Of a stretch of DNA of 64,000 nt, positions 14,811 to 29,537 are shown in pieces (position 1 is the stretch's first letter; every line of letters starts with the position of its first letter). A program made the position numbers and the translations under genes. The notes under the pieces were generated by a model. That model was not told the DNA's origin. It was given only the letters and a program-made list of their open reading frames with translations, and ran no database searches. Source of the stretch: Eledone cirrhosa (taxonomy: Eukaryota); the NCBI GenBank assembly GCA_964016885.1, contig OZ024741.1, positions 253,518,001 through 253,582,000 of the forward strand, read 5' to 3'.

Positions 14811-15774
14811 TCATCATCATTTAACATCCGTTTGTCTCTGCTAGCAATATAAACATATGCATAGCAGCATCCCAGCATCTTACACCATTTAGAATTGTAC
14901 TCAGATTCACCACATTCCCTACCTAACTAACAACAAACCAGGAAGAGCTCAAATTTTCTCTACCTTATTCCCTATGATTCTCTGACTTGCATGCCATTTC
15001 AATGTCCCCTCTACACCCACACACACACACACACTCCCACTACAAATAAGCCATCCACGTGCAGCCCAGGATTATTCGTAACAACCCCCACCTACACTCT
15101 ACCCCACTCTTATTCTTCTCTGCCCTCAAGCTCTTACTTAAGCAAAATAAACACCATTTTATTCAAATTAATTGTATTTGTCATTCCAAAGAAAATGTTT
15201 TTGTAGACTTGCTGGTACATGTCATGTATTGAACTCATATTGAGTGTTATCTATCAAGTGCTGCATAATTGTTAATTATAATTTGAGAACCAATCATATC
15301 ATAATCGTGTTTCAAGTGTACTCGTATTTTTTGCCCATATATTAGGCTTCAGTTAAACAGGGGACACAATCCTATCCAACAGGTTTGAAGTACAGTCTGA
15401 TGGTTTGAGGAGGACACAATTCTTTCTGTCACCACGGAATTACGTTCAGTGTTATTATTATTATATGCTCGCTACAGTTCAACAGTTCTACAGTTAATTG
15501 TGCTTCATTGTGTCGAAATAGAAATTTGAAAATTACTTTTCCTTGTTCAATTACCTACATACATCAGGAAATAAACAAGACGCGACAATGGGGATGCACT
15601 ATAATCTTTTAAAGTACTTAATCAGGCCTCAAAACGACTTAATCTGACCCTGTACAGGACGTTGTGCTGACTCTAATTTTACTCTGATTTTACTTTGTTT
15701 CCTTGCTTTTCACCTGATTTTCATTATTATTGTCTGCATACCTTGGTGTTGTTATTTTTCCTTGATTTTGCACA

Positions 15775-16040
15775 CAGCATGACTAAATGGTTAAGAAGTT
15801 TGCTTCACAATTATTAGGTCCTAGGTTCAATCCCACATATTGAGCAAGTGTCATTTATCATAGTCTCAGGTCAACTGATGTCTTGTATGTAAAATTGGAT
15901 AGAGAGAAACTGTTTGAAATCCCATTGGATGGACTGTAATTGTAATTCAAAGGCTATTCTTATCACACACTGTGTCATGAGCAGGCTGTTCCATTGATCA
16001 AACAACTGGAACAGTCATTACCAAAACCAACTGAGATCAA
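15775..16040 (+). mobile_element. Decayed tRNA-derived SINE
   Basis: gcatgactaaatggttaagaag (A box-like), ggttcaatccc (B box), ttgagcaagtgtc core. Confidence 0.65.
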
Positions 16041-16274
16041 TTCTACCTTGGCATTATGCTACCTTCCCTTGATTTTACACTACAACTTGTGGCCTTATGA
16101 ATACTTCTTGTATTGACAGGTTTCTGGATAGTCATATCTGTTTTCTGTAAGCCAGCCAACCAACACCTCTACATCCACCCAAGGAACTTATACTTGTGCT
16201 CTTCATTAATCCAGTCATTAGACTATTACTTTATTCCCTCAGTCACTTCATATAATTTAATTGAATGTATTTAA

Positions 16275-16517
16275 CCCTTTCATTACCAAACTGCCTGAAA
16301 CTACCTCTGGTTCTATGATAGTAAACTGTCTAATATAAGTGTTTTTATTTATCTAAAAGTCTTCCATCATAATTTTATGTAAGAATCTTTGGTAAGCTAT
16401 GCTCAAAACATAGTCTTAATAAATAGAAAGTTAGTTATATTACCAAATCCTTCCAAATTCATCACTATTTGAAAGCCATTTTTAGTGTTTTTTCATTAGA
16501 AATATAGTAACAAAGGG
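16275..16517. mobile_element. piggyBac-type MITE
   Basis: TTAA|CCCTTT...AAAGGG|TTAA. Related copies at about 17040-17501, 55231-55856 and 55862-56298. Confidence 0.75.
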
Positions 16518-16544
16518 TTAATCTATTCTATTCTATTTCATTGA

Positions 16545-16780
16545 TGTTGTCAGTTCAATTTCTGGACAGGGTGCTGCATTGTGTTCTTGAGCAAAATACT
16601 TTGTTTCATGTTGGTCCAGTATACTCAGCTGAGAATGAGTATCAGCAGTAGCTGGGGAATTAATCCTGTAATAGACTGGTATCCTGCCCTGGGAGAGTCT
16701 TGTATTCTCAGTTACTTAACGCCAAGAATTCTGGAGATAAGCACTTGCCTGATGAGCCATTGATTTAGAAAACACTTTAA
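16545..16780 (+). mobile_element. 5'-truncated tRNA-derived SINE (Meta/V-like central domain)
   Basis: B box gttcaatt, gtgttcttgagcaaaatactt, actcagctg..aatgagta, gactggtatcctgccctggg. Confidence 0.55.
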
Positions 16781-17039
16781 TTAACTTATTTTACTTAGCT
16801 TATTTTAATTTATTTTGTTTTCTTTCTGTATTTATCTTACATTTTATAAGTATGTTAAACCAGTGATTGGTATAATGAAGAACATTCAGCAATAGAAAAC
16901 CAAACCAAAACTGGAGTATATGAGTAAGATCTGTCCATCAGATCATAATGTGACAACCTATCTAAACCATGCAGCTTAGAAAATAGATGTTAAATAGTGA
17001 TGATGATAATGATTTCACACCATCTCATTTTTACTTTAA

Positions 17040-17501
17040 TCCTTTTGATAACAACCTGTTTGAAACTGCCCTGGATTTATGAGACAAAACTACTCATTTT
17101 AAAATATTTATCTTTACATTTATTTCTAATTTAGACACAAGGCCAGCAAATTTAAGGGAAGGGTAGAGTTGGTCAAATCAACCTCATTACTTGACTGGTA
17201 CTTCATTTTATTGAGCCCAGAAAGATGTAAAGCAAAGTTGACCTCCGCAGGATTTGAACTCAGAATATAAAAAGAAAGCAAAAAAAAAACCAAATACCAC
17301 AGTGATATTTTATCTGATGCTCTACCAACCCTTCAATTTACCACCTTCTGTTATCCTGATATCAAAACCTTCCATCGTAATTTTATTTAAACAATTTTTG
17401 TTATGTAATGTTCTAAATATCAGCTTAGTAATGAAACACAAATTTCCCCAAATTAATTGTAACATATAATATATTTCATTAGAAATATGGTAATGGAGGG
17501 G
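17040..17501. mobile_element. piggyBac-type MITE interrupted by a minus-strand Nin-domain SINE (about 17125-17345)
   Basis: TTAA-flanked ends similar to 16275-16517. The internal aagcaaagttgacctccgcaggatttgaactcagaa is the reverse SINE. Confidence 0.65.
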
Positions 17502-17539
17502 TTAAATGATTACTGGGTCTTCTACTATCAAGTCTCAAT

Positions 17540-17895
17540 AAGGACCTTAGACAGACATTACTCTCCTGAGTATATGGACAGTCTTTTGTAGGAGAGCCAT
17601 TTGTAATTCAAGGTCTATTTGCTTAAGATAGCCCCCCTCCCCCTCTCTCAGTTTTAGTGGCATCGAGCCTAAAGCTTTGATGATAACTGGAATTATTTTA
17701 GTGTTGTTAGGTGTTATTGACCAGATTCTTGCAATTTTAATCTTCAAGTAAATATATTTTGTTAGGTTTTCAATTTCTTTCAAGACTTTGTTATGGTCTC
17801 CTGGGATGGTAACATTAATATTCTGGTATTCATGGCTATTTCTGTGCATAACTACCATATCAGATCTGTTGTGTTCAAGTCTGTGGTCCATTTGA
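17540..17895 (-). pseudogene. C-terminal restriction-like endonuclease fragment of an R4/Dong-like non-LTR retrotransposon
   Basis: HNRSDMVV...NVTIPGD...KEIE..TKY..L...RIW...IIPVIIKALG...LQK...HILRRV matches the PD-(D/E)xK RLE tail of R4/Dong elements. Confidence 0.75.
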
Positions 17896-18581
17896 ATTTA
17901 TGTGTCAAGGATGGAAGAAACAGAACAGAGAGAGGGAGAGCCCAATGTTGAAATGAAGGAGGTAGTAGCAACATGAGGCAAAAGAAAGAGAACAACATCT
18001 ATATGTGTTAATGGAAAGAGAAAGCACTAACGTTATGAGACAGAAGGAAGAGAAGGCTATTTACATGTGGTGTGTTGATGGAAGGGAGAAGTAGTAACTC
18101 TATTTACTTTCAATATGTTACTAACATAATCAAACTCAAACATGATATACTGAAAACTGCAGCTGGTAGTGATAGGGGTTGTGGTAAGGTTAGAGAAAGC
18201 AGTGATAGGGGTTGTGGTAAGGTTAAAGAAAGCAAATACTGTAGCTTTTTTTTTTTTTAAACTAATATATATATATTAGTTTAAGGAAAATCATGTGGAA
18301 GTGCAATTGCCCAATCTAATCCACATGTGAGATTGGAAACCAATAGTAACAATGAAAACGTGTTGAAAATAACTATACTATAATATATTAATTGTCAATT
18401 ATTTTTACACATATGCTTTAGTGCAATTGACTGACATCTACTAAACTGAATATTTTACAAAGAACTGAGTTTCCAGTTAGATAAGCTTATTCAATGATTC
18501 ACTGACAATACAACATGAAGTGAAACATTTAATAAGATAGGGATTTACTTAGTACAACCAGTGTTTAGTCAAGGACAGTTA

Positions 18582-18787
18582 CCATATATATTCAAATATA
18601 AGCTAATCCGAATATAAGCCAACCCCCCACTATTTTATACTGAGAAATAGGTGAAAATCCAAACCCCATATATAAACGAAGGCAGCTAATTAACACATTG
18701 TTTAGATGGAGTATATAAGCCAACCTCCCATTTTATCATTGATGTTTTTTTGTCACATATTCCTCGCTTATATTCGAGTATATATAG
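18582..18787. mobile_element. Tc1/mariner (Tc2/pogo-like) MITE
   Basis: Imperfect TIRs of about 23 bp (ccatatatattcaaatataagc / gcttatattcgagtatatatag) with TA at the left flank. Confidence 0.65.
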
Positions 18788-18799
18788 TGTGTGTTAAAT

Positions 18800-20905
18800 T
18801 TCTGTATTACAGTCACACACAGCCCTACACATAGTTACACAACTACATGCAAAATTACACACAGACTTATACACATTGTTACATTCATACTTACACATAT
18901 AGCTACACAACAGTCACATACAGAGTTACACATATAATTACACAGCTACACACAATATTACACACAGAATTACACACATTGTTACATTCATACTAACATA
19001 GTTACACACATACTTACACACATAGTTACACAATAGTTACACACATAATTACACACATAATTACACAGCTACACACAAAATTACACACAGAATGACACAC
19101 ATTGTTACATTCATGCTAACATAGTTACACACATACTTACACACATAGTTACACAATAGTTACACAATGGTTACACATATAATTACTCGGCTACACACAA
19201 AATTACACACAAAATTACACATTATTACATTCATACTTACATAGTTACACACATACTTACACATATAGTTACACAACACACGCATACATAGTTGCACATA
19301 ATTGCACAGCTACTCACAAAATTACACACGCAGTCACTCACAGAGTTACACATAAAGTAACACTCTTTTATACACATAATTATATATACACACACAGTCA
19401 CACTCTGTTATATACACACAGTCACACTCTGTTATATACACACACAGTCACACTCTGTTATATACACACACAGTCACACTGTTATATATACACAAAATCA
19501 TACTCTGTTATATATACATACAGACACTCTGTTATATATACATACAGACACTCTGTTATGTATACATACAGACACACTCTGTTATATATACATACAGACA
19601 CACTCTGTTATATATACATACAGTCACACTCTGTTGTATATACATACAGACACACTTTGTTATATATACATACATACACACTCTGTTATACATACATACA
19701 GTCACACTCTCTTATATATATATATACAGACACTCTGTTATATATACATACAGACATACTCTGTTCTATATACATACAGACACACTCTGTTATATATACA
19801 TACAGACACACTCTGTTACATATACATACAGACACACTCTGTTATATATACATACAGACACACTCTGTTATATATACATACAGACACACTCTGTTATATA
19901 TACATCCAGACACACTCTGTTATATATACATACAGACACACTCTGTTACATATACATACAGACACACTCTGTTATATATACACACAGACACACTCTGTTA
20001 CATATACATACAGTCACACTCTGTTATATATACATACAGACACACTCTGTTATATATACATACAGACACACTCTGTTATGTATACATACAGTCACACTCT
20101 GTTATATATACAGACACTCTGTTATATATACATACAGACATACTCTGTTATATATACATACAGTCACACTCTGTTATATATACAGACACTCTGTTATATA
20201 TACAGACACTCTGTTATATATACATACAGACACACTCTGTTACATATACATACAGTCACACTCTGTTATATATACATACAGACACACTCTGTTATATATA
20301 CATACAGACACACTCTGTTACATATACATACAGACACACTCTGTTATGTATACATACAGTCACACTCTGTTATATATACAGACACTCTGTTATATATACA
20401 TACAGACATACTCTGTTATATATACATACAGTCACACTCTGTTATATATACAGACACTCTGTTATATATACATACAGACACACTCTGTTACATATACATA
20501 CAGTCACACTCTGTTATATATACATACAGACACACTCTGTTATATATACATCCAGACACACTCTGTTATATATACATACAGACACATTCTGTTATATATA
20601 GATACAGACACACTCTGTTATATATACATACAGGCACACTCTGTTATATATATATACAGACACTCTGTTATATATACATACAGACACACTCTGTTACATA
20701 TACATACAGTCACACTCTGTTCTATATACATACAGACACACTCTGTTATATATACATACAGACACACTCTGTTATATATACATACAGACAAACTCTGTTA
20801 TATATACATACAGTCACACTCTGTTATGTATACATACAGACACACTCTGTTATATATATATACAGACACACTCTGTTATATATACATACAGACATACTCT
20901 GTTAC
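18800..20905. repeat. TTACACA satellite grading into a 28-bp minisatellite (tatatacatacagacacactctgtta)
   Basis: Direct inspection. Source of the YIHTDTLC pseudo-ORFs. Confidence 0.95.
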
Positions 20906-21183
20906 ACACGGGTACACAGTATTTAGCCAACACAATGCAAAAGTGATAGTGACATCTAGAAGGGAATGTGGACAAACTGTGTGTATGTGTGTGTATGTAT
21001 GTGTGTGTGTGCATATGGATGTATGTGTATATGTATGTATGTATATATGTATGCATGTATGTACATATGTGCATGCTTGTCTATATATATGTATATATGT
21101 GTAAAGGTATTATGTATGTATGTGCATGTTTATGTATGTATACTTGTATATGTATATATATGTACGAATGTGTATGTTTTTTA

Positions 21184-21223
<40 letters not shown>

Positions 21224-21617
21224 CGAGTATATATATATATGTGTGTTGGTATGTTTGTATGTTTATATGTGCATGTTTTCTATGTATACATGTGTGTGTG
21301 TATGTATACATATATATATATGTATACATACACACACATATATATATATATAGGCATGTATGTATGTTTGCATGTATGTATGTAGGCATGTATATATGTT
21401 TGTATGTATGTATGTTTGCATATATATATATGTATGTTTGCATTTATGTATGTATGTATATATATATATATGTGTGTTAGTGTGTGACATCAAATCCCTC
21501 ACTCTGTATGTATGTGTGTATGAATGTTTGCATGTATGCATGTATGTATACATATATGTATGTAAATATATGTATGTATATATGTAAGTATGTACATATG
21601 TAGTATGTATATATATG

Positions 21618-21704
<87 letters not shown>

Positions 21705-21929
21705 ATATATGTGTGTGTATATATATATATATGTGTGTGTGTGTATGCATGTATGTTTGTGTGTGACATCACATCCTTCACTCTGTATTAGCCTCATTGA
21801 CTTTGTTCAATATTCATATATTCCTTTATTCTTTCATTCTTTTAATCTTCTATACCATTTCACTTCTTTTTTTACCCACACTTCACACTTCACACTCCTC
21901 CTTGATGTGACATTGTTGTTGGGGAGAGT

Positions 21930-24900
21930 GGAGGTGGTGGTGGTGGTGGTGGTGGTTGTGGTGGTAGTGGTAGTAGTGGTGGTGGTGTTGGTGGTGGTGG
22001 TAGTGCTAGTGGTGTTGGTGGTGGTGGTGTGTGCGTGTGTAGTGTGGCAGGGGGTAGTAGTGGTGTTGTTGGGGATGGTAGTGGTGATGGTGGTGGTGGT
22101 GATGGTAGTGGTGGTGGTGATGGTGGTGGTGGTGGTGTTTGTGGTGGTGGAAGAGGTGGTAATGGGAGGTTAGTGGTGTTAGAAGTGGTGTTGTTGTTGG
22201 TGGCAGTGGTGGTAGTAGCGGTGTTGGTGTTAGTGTTAGTGGTAGTGATGGTGTTTGTCGTGGTAGCTGTGGTGGTGGTAGTGGTGGTGGTAGTATTGGT
22301 GGTTCTATTGATAGTTGTATTGGTGGTTGTATTGATAGTGGTATTGGTGGTTGTATTGGTGTTGTATTGATGGTAGTATTGGTGGTTGTATTGATAGTGG
22401 TATTGGTGGTAGTATTGGTGTTGTATTGGTGTTGTATTGGTAGTTGTATTGGTGGTAGTATTGGTGTTGTATTGGTGGTTGTATTGATAGTGGTATTGGT
22501 GGTTGTATTGGTGTTGTATTGATGGTAGTATTGGTGGTTATATTGCTGGTAGTATTGGTGGTTGTATTGATAGTGGTGTTGGTGGTAGTATTGGTGTTGT
22601 ATTGGTGTTGTATTGGTAGTTGTATTGGTGGTAGTATTGGTGTTGTATTGGTGGTTGTATTGATAGTGGTATTGGTGGTTGTATTGGTGTCGTATTGGTG
22701 GTAGTATTGGTGGTTATATTGCTGGTAGTATTGGTGGTTGTATTGATAGTGGTGTTGGTGGTAGTATTGGTGTTGTATTGGTGTTGTATTGGTAGTTGTA
22801 TTGGTGGTAGTATTGGTGTTGTATTGGTGGTTGTATTGATAGTGGTATTGGTGGTTGTATTGGTGTTGTATTGGTGGTAGTATTGGTGGTTGTATTGGTG
22901 GTAGTATTGGTGGTTATATTGCTGGTAGTATTGGTGGTTGTATTGGTGTTGTATTGGTGGTAGTATTGGTGGTTGTATTGATAGTGGTATTGGTGGTAGT
23001 ATTGGTGTTATATTGCTGGTAGTATTGGTGGTTGTATTGATAGTGGTATTGGTGGTTGTATCTGTGTTGTATTGGTGGTAGTATTGGTAGTGGTATTGGT
23101 GGTTGTATTTGTGTTGTATTGGTGGTTGTATTGGTGTTGTATTGGTGTTGTATTGGTGGTTGTATTGGTAGTGGTATTGGTGGTTGTATTTGTGTTGTAT
23201 TGGTGGTTGTATTGGTATTGTATTGGTGGTAGTATTGGTGTTGTATTGGTGTTGTATTGGTGGTAGTATTGGTGTTGTATTGGTGTTGTATTGGTGGTTG
23301 TATTGGTGTTGTATTGGTAGTGGTATTGGTGGTTGTATTGGTGTTGTATTGGTGTTGTATTGGTGGTAGTATTGGTGTTGTATTGGTAGTGGTATTGGTG
23401 TTGTATTGGTGTTGTATTGGTGTTGTATTGGTAGTGGTATTGGTGTTGTATTGGTGTTGTATTGGTGGTTGTATTGGTGTTGTATTGGTGGTTGTATTGG
23501 TGGTTGTATTGGTAGTGGTATTGGTGGTTGTATTTGTGTTGTATTGGTGGTAGTATTGGTGTTGTTTGGTGTTGTATTGGTGGTTGTATTGGTAGTGGTA
23601 TTGGTGGTTGTATTTGTGTTGTATTGGTGGTAGTATTGGTGTTGTATTGGTGTTGTATTGGTGGTTGTATTGGTAGTGGTATTGGTGGTTGTATTTGTGT
23701 TGTATTGGTGGAAGTATTGGTGGTAGTATTGGTGTTGTATTGGTGTTGTATTGGTGGTAGTATTGGTGTTGTATTGGTGTTGTATTGGTGTTGTATTGGT
23801 GGTTGTATTGGTAGTGGTATTGGTGGTTGTATTGGTGTTGTATTGGTGGTAGTATTGGTGTTGTATTGGTGTTGTATTGGTGGTTGTATTGGTAGTGGTA
23901 TTGGTGGTTGTATTTGTGTTGTATTGGTGGTAGTATTGGTGTTGTATTGGTGTTGTATTGGTGGTTGTATTGGTAGTGGTATTGGTGGTTGTATTTGTGT
24001 TGTATTGGTGGTAGTATTGGTGTTGTATTGGTGTTGTATTGATGGTTGTATTGGTAGTGGTATTGGTGGTTGTATTTGTGTTGTATTGGTGGTAGTATTG
24101 GTGGTAGTATTGGTGTTGTATTGGTGTTGTATTGGTGGTAGTATTGGTGTTGTATTGGTGTTGTATTGGTGGTTGTATTGGTGTTGTATTGGTGGTTGTA
24201 TTGGTAGTGGTATTGGTGGTTGTATTGGTCTTGTATTGGTGGTAGTATTGGTGTTGTATTGGTGGTAGTATTGGTGTTGTATTGGTGTTGTATTGGTGGT
24301 AGTATTGGTGTTGTATTGGTGTTGTATTGGTGGTTGTATTGGTGTTGTATTGGTGGTTGTATTGGTAGTGGTATTGGTGGTTGTATTGGTGTTGTATTGG
24401 TGTTGTATTGGTGTTGTATTGGTGGTTGTATTGGTAGTGGTATTAGTGGTTGTATTTGTGTTGTATTGGTGGTAGTATTGGTGGTTATATTGCTGGTAGT
24501 ATTGGTGGTTGTATTGATAGTGGTATTGGTGGTTGTATTTGTGTTGTATTGGTGGTAGTATTGGTGTTGTATTGGTGTTGTATTGGTGGTTGTATTGGTA
24601 GTTATATTGGTGGTTATATTGCTGGTAGTATTGGTGGTAGTATTGGTGTTGTATTGGTGTTGTATTGGTGGTTGTATTGGTAGTGGTATTGGTGGTTGTA
24701 TTTGTGTTGTATTGGTGGTAGTATTGGTGTTGTATTGGTGTTGTATTGGTGGTGTATTGGTAGTTATATTGGTGGATATATTGCTGGTAGTATTGGTGGT
24801 AGTATTGGTGTTGTATTGGTGTTGTATTGGTGGTTGTATTAGTAGTTATATTGGTGGTTATATTGCTGGTAGTATTGGTGGTTGTGTTGGTAGTAGTACT

Positions 24901-25380
24901 GGTGTTATATTTGAGGTTGTATTGGTGAAACTATTGGTAGTTATGTTGTTGGTAGTATTTGTGGTCGTGTTGCTAGTAGTATTGGTGGCAGTTTTAGTGG
25001 TAGGGTTAGTGGTAGTATTAGCATTGTATTGGTTGTAGTACTGGTGTTGTATTGGTCGTTGTATTGGTAGTTGTATTGGTAGTAGTACTGGTGTTATATT
25101 GGTGGTTGTATTGGTAGTTAATAGATAGTTGTGTTGCTATTGGTAGTATTGGTGAAATTATTGGTGATCATGTTCTTGGTAGTATTTGTGGTCGTATTGC
25201 TGGTAGTATTGGTGGCAGTTTTAGTGTAGTATTGTGTGTATCAGTGGTAGTATTGGTGGTTCTGTTAGTAGTAGTATTGTTATTGTTCATGGTTGTGTTG
25301 TGTTATTGTTGGCTGAGGTTAAAGATGGTTATTGTGTGGTACAGGTTGTGGTTATTTGTGTTGATATTGTTGTTGGTGGT
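21930..25380. repeat. (GGT)n and GTATTGGTG(GTT/TT) 11/12-bp minisatellite
   Basis: Direct inspection. Confidence 0.95.
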
Positions 25381-25437
25381 GTTTAACTACAGGTAAACCC
25401 GTGATCAAAGACCCATCCTTCTTTTTTGTGTATTTAA

Positions 25438-25644
25438 CCCCTTAGCATTTAAACTAGCCGTATCTGGCCAGAATTCTCTCACCTCTTTCTGTTCAAACTG
25501 GCTGTAACCGGCCACTCATACCGACATTAAGGTATTGTTCTCAAAATAAATAATATCAAAATCTCATAGATTCGATATTATGTGAGATAAAGCTTTACTG
25601 GAAATATACAATAGTAAATAAAGAGTAAGGTAAATGCTAAAGGG
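25438..25644. mobile_element. piggyBac-type MITE
   Basis: TTAA|CCCCTTAGCATTTA ... TAAATGCTAAAGGG|TTAT. Confidence 0.7.
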
Positions 25645-26320
25645 TTATGGATACTTCGTCCAATGAGTCGAGCCTTTTTAACTCTTAATATCCTGTAATG
25701 ATTTAGCAGAAAATGTTTTAATATGGCATTGTTAAGTATGTTTACTAATAGTCTGATCACCATCATGAGAACATTTGCAGTAAACCAAAGACTTTAATTT
25801 TTCAATATGATGCAGTCATATTGTTATTTTACACTTTTCAAGAATGTCTTGCTAATGCAGTTTCATGTGGTACAGGACATTAAGACATCAGGGTGTGATT
25901 TAAGAGAATTGAGCTGCTATTTCTAGCAGATCGAATGGCCACATAACTGCTCCCTCGTTGGCTCGAGATTTTGGTTGGGGACGGGGTAGTGGGGAGATGG
26001 TTTTGATCTGTATATTGTTGTTGCTTCTGTTGTTGGCATAATATATATAACAACATTATCATTGTGCTGGTTAGTATTGGTTCTATTGTTGTTGCTGTTG
26101 CTGCTGCTGTTGGTGAAGCTGTTGAGGATGTTGTTACTTGTGTATCTGTGTTGGCAGCTGAAAGAGAACAGAAGTGTATTAGAAACGAGAAATGACACAG
26201 CCACCAAGACATTTACAGCATCATCATGGACGGTATCTGTATGTGTGAATGTGTGTACAGTGCATGTGTGTATGTGTGCATGTGTGCATGCGTACAGACA
26301 TGTACACACAGATGTATACA

Positions 26321-26375
<55 letters not shown>

Positions 26376-26452
26376 AAATATATACATAATATATATGTGT
26401 ATACATAATATATATGTATAAATATATCCATTCGCCCTTGTATTATTATATA

Positions 26453-26505
<53 letters not shown>

Positions 26506-26548
26506 AGATTATTGTGCTACAATAAAACTCACCTCCTACATTATATAT

Positions 26549-27078
<530 letters not shown>

Positions 27079-27339
27079 CCAGCATAGATGGAGATCATAA
27101 AGCAATTACGATGATGATGATTATGATGATGATATTGTGTGTGTGTGTGCATGCATGAGTATGTATGTATATTATGTGTATATATATATATATTGATGAT
27201 GATGATGCCAGCATAGATGGAGATCATAAAGCAATTACGATGATGATGATTATGATGATGATATTGTGTGTGTGCATGCATGCATGAGTATGTATGTATA
27301 TTATGTGTGTATATACATATATATATACACATAATATAC

Positions 27340-27523
27340 AGCACTCACTGTAAATGAGGTTGGTGTTAGGAAGGGCATCCAGCTGTAGAAACCAAGCCAA
27401 AATCAGTTCCTGTATGAGCAAGGCATGGTCAGCCGACCAGACACTGCCCACAACAGGACAACCCGTCTAACCCATGCTAGCGTAGAAGAACGGACGTAAA
27501 ACGGTGATGATGATGATGATGAT
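27340..27523 (+). mobile_element. RTE 3' UTR-only copy (type A)
   Basis: Near-identical to 3435-3632. Confidence 0.88.
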
Positions 27524-27574
27524 ATATATATATATATATATATAGCGAGGGAAAAGTGGTAAGGAACCAGGTGG

Positions 27575-27725
27575 ACCATAACGCACCAAAGTACTCAATA
27601 CTTAGGGTAGTAGAGTGGGTAATAGGAGTAAGTAAGACCCCGACGGCTGAGCTCAAGCCGTTTCGACGGCTGAGCTCAAGCCGTTTCGACGGCTGAGCTC
27701 AGCCGTCAGGGTCTTACTTACCCTA
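27575..27725 (-). mobile_element. Fold-back remnant of hammerhead family A with tandem 23-bp helix-III units
   Basis: Minus strand (gaaacggcttgagctcagccgtc)x2-ggggtcttac, with an inverted arm at 27700-27723. Confidence 0.7.
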
Positions 27726-27741
27726 TATATATATATATATA

Positions 27742-27875
27742 TTTATTAAAATAACAGATTAAAGTTTAAGCAAAGAATCGCTGCTTTCACCCTTAACGGG
27801 ATCTTCTGAGTTTCAGAAGATCCCGTTAAGGGTGAAAGCAGCGATTAAACTTTAATCTGTTATTTTAATAAATAT
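27742..27875. mobile_element. Fold-back element family C (degenerate hammerhead-like core at the apex)
   Basis: Long inverted repeat centred near 27811 (gaagatcccgttaagggtgaaa). Homologous fold-back at 43938-44048. Confidence 0.7.
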
Positions 27876-28016
27876 TTGCTCTACGGTTCTTATATATTTG
27901 ATATATATTTTCCTTATCGAGCCCTCTTTGGATTTTAGTCTTCAATTTTATTATTATTGCTATATATATATATATATATATATGTCCAGACGTATATATA
28001 TATATATGCGTATGTG

Positions 28017-28052
<36 letters not shown>

Positions 28053-28064
28053 AACACACACAAC

Positions 28065-28125
<61 letters not shown>

Positions 28126-28165
28126 AGACGTATATATATATGTGTATGTGCATACACATACACAT

Positions 28166-28261
<96 letters not shown>

Positions 28262-28439
28262 TTATGTAAATGTATGTTATTAGATTGCCTAGGAAGGGGG
28301 TCCTGTCCTCTCTCTTACCAATGATTCTAAACAGCAACCTTACTAAACTGACGTCACTCAATAGATGTTGCACTGAAAAACGACAGCTTTGGTCAATAAA
28401 TTTCACAGATGTCTTAAAGGTTGGATTATCAATGTCTTT

Positions 28440-28560
28440 ATTTTCATCATCACCACTGTCATCATCATCATCATCATGTGGCTGCCACTACAACCACCAC
28501 CACCACTACAATCACCACCACTACCACCACCACCACTATGATGATGATGACGATGAAATT

Positions 28561-28593
<33 letters not shown>

Positions 28594-28627
28594 GTAGTGG
28601 TGGTGGTGGTGGCGGTGGAAGTCATGC

Positions 28628-28681
<54 letters not shown>

Positions 28682-28757
28682 GGTGATGATTATCATCCAC
28701 CACCACCACCACCACCACCACCACCACCACTATGATGATGATGATGACGATGAAATT

Positions 28758-28802
<45 letters not shown>

Positions 28803-28859
28803 GTAGTGCATCATAGTGGTGGTGGTGGTGGCGGCGGTGGAAGCCATGCTGCTGATGAC

Positions 28860-28897
<38 letters not shown>

Positions 28898-29005
28898 GGT
28901 GATGATTATCATCATCATCATCATCATCATCATCATCTTCATCATCACCATCATCTTTATCGTCATTATCATCATCATCATCGTTACCATCCTCACCATC
29001 ATCAT
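28440..29005. repeat. (CAT)/(GAT)/(CAC)/(GGT) compound trinucleotide block with internal duplication
   Basis: Direct inspection. Confidence 0.9.
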
Positions 29006-29029
29006 TAGAATTCTACAAGTATTTATAAT

Positions 29030-29221
29030 AATTGTTTCTACTTTAGGCACAAGGCCAGCAAATAACCAGTGTATTACTGGTACTTTATTTTATCGACCCC
29101 CGTAAGGATGAAAGGCAAAGTTAACCTCGGTGGGATTTGAACTCAGAACGTAAAGGGACGTAACTCTTTGCTGCAAGGTATGGCGTCCGACCCTCTACCA
29201 ATACTGCCAATTCACCGCCCT
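29030..29221 (-). mobile_element. tRNA-derived Nin/Deu-domain SINE
   Basis: Reverse complement of the 61919-62108 family (gccgaggttaactttgcctttcatccttacggggtcgataaaataaagtaccag). A second decayed plus copy lies at about 29340-29492. Confidence 0.85.
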
Positions 29222-29492
29222 TACATGTATTTATAATAATAATTTCTTTATTGGCCACAAGGGCCAACATATAAGGGGCAATACAAAAACAGGGACAGTG
29301 GGGGGTTACATACAATCGTATATGATAATAATAACAAGTATGCTTTTCAGCATAGAGTTATGGCCCTTTATGATCTGAATTCAAATGCCACCGAGTTTAA
29401 CTTTCCTTTTTTATCCTTACGAGATCAATTAAATAAAGTACCAGTAATGCACTGAGATAATTTCTGGCCTTGTGCCAAAAGTAGAAACAATT

Positions 29493-29535
<43 letters not shown>

Positions 29536-29537
<2 letters not shown>

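Noticed and set aside
16745-16780. CTGATGA...GAAA hammerhead-like words
   Set aside because: No convincing helices, and it lies in a SINE 3' region.
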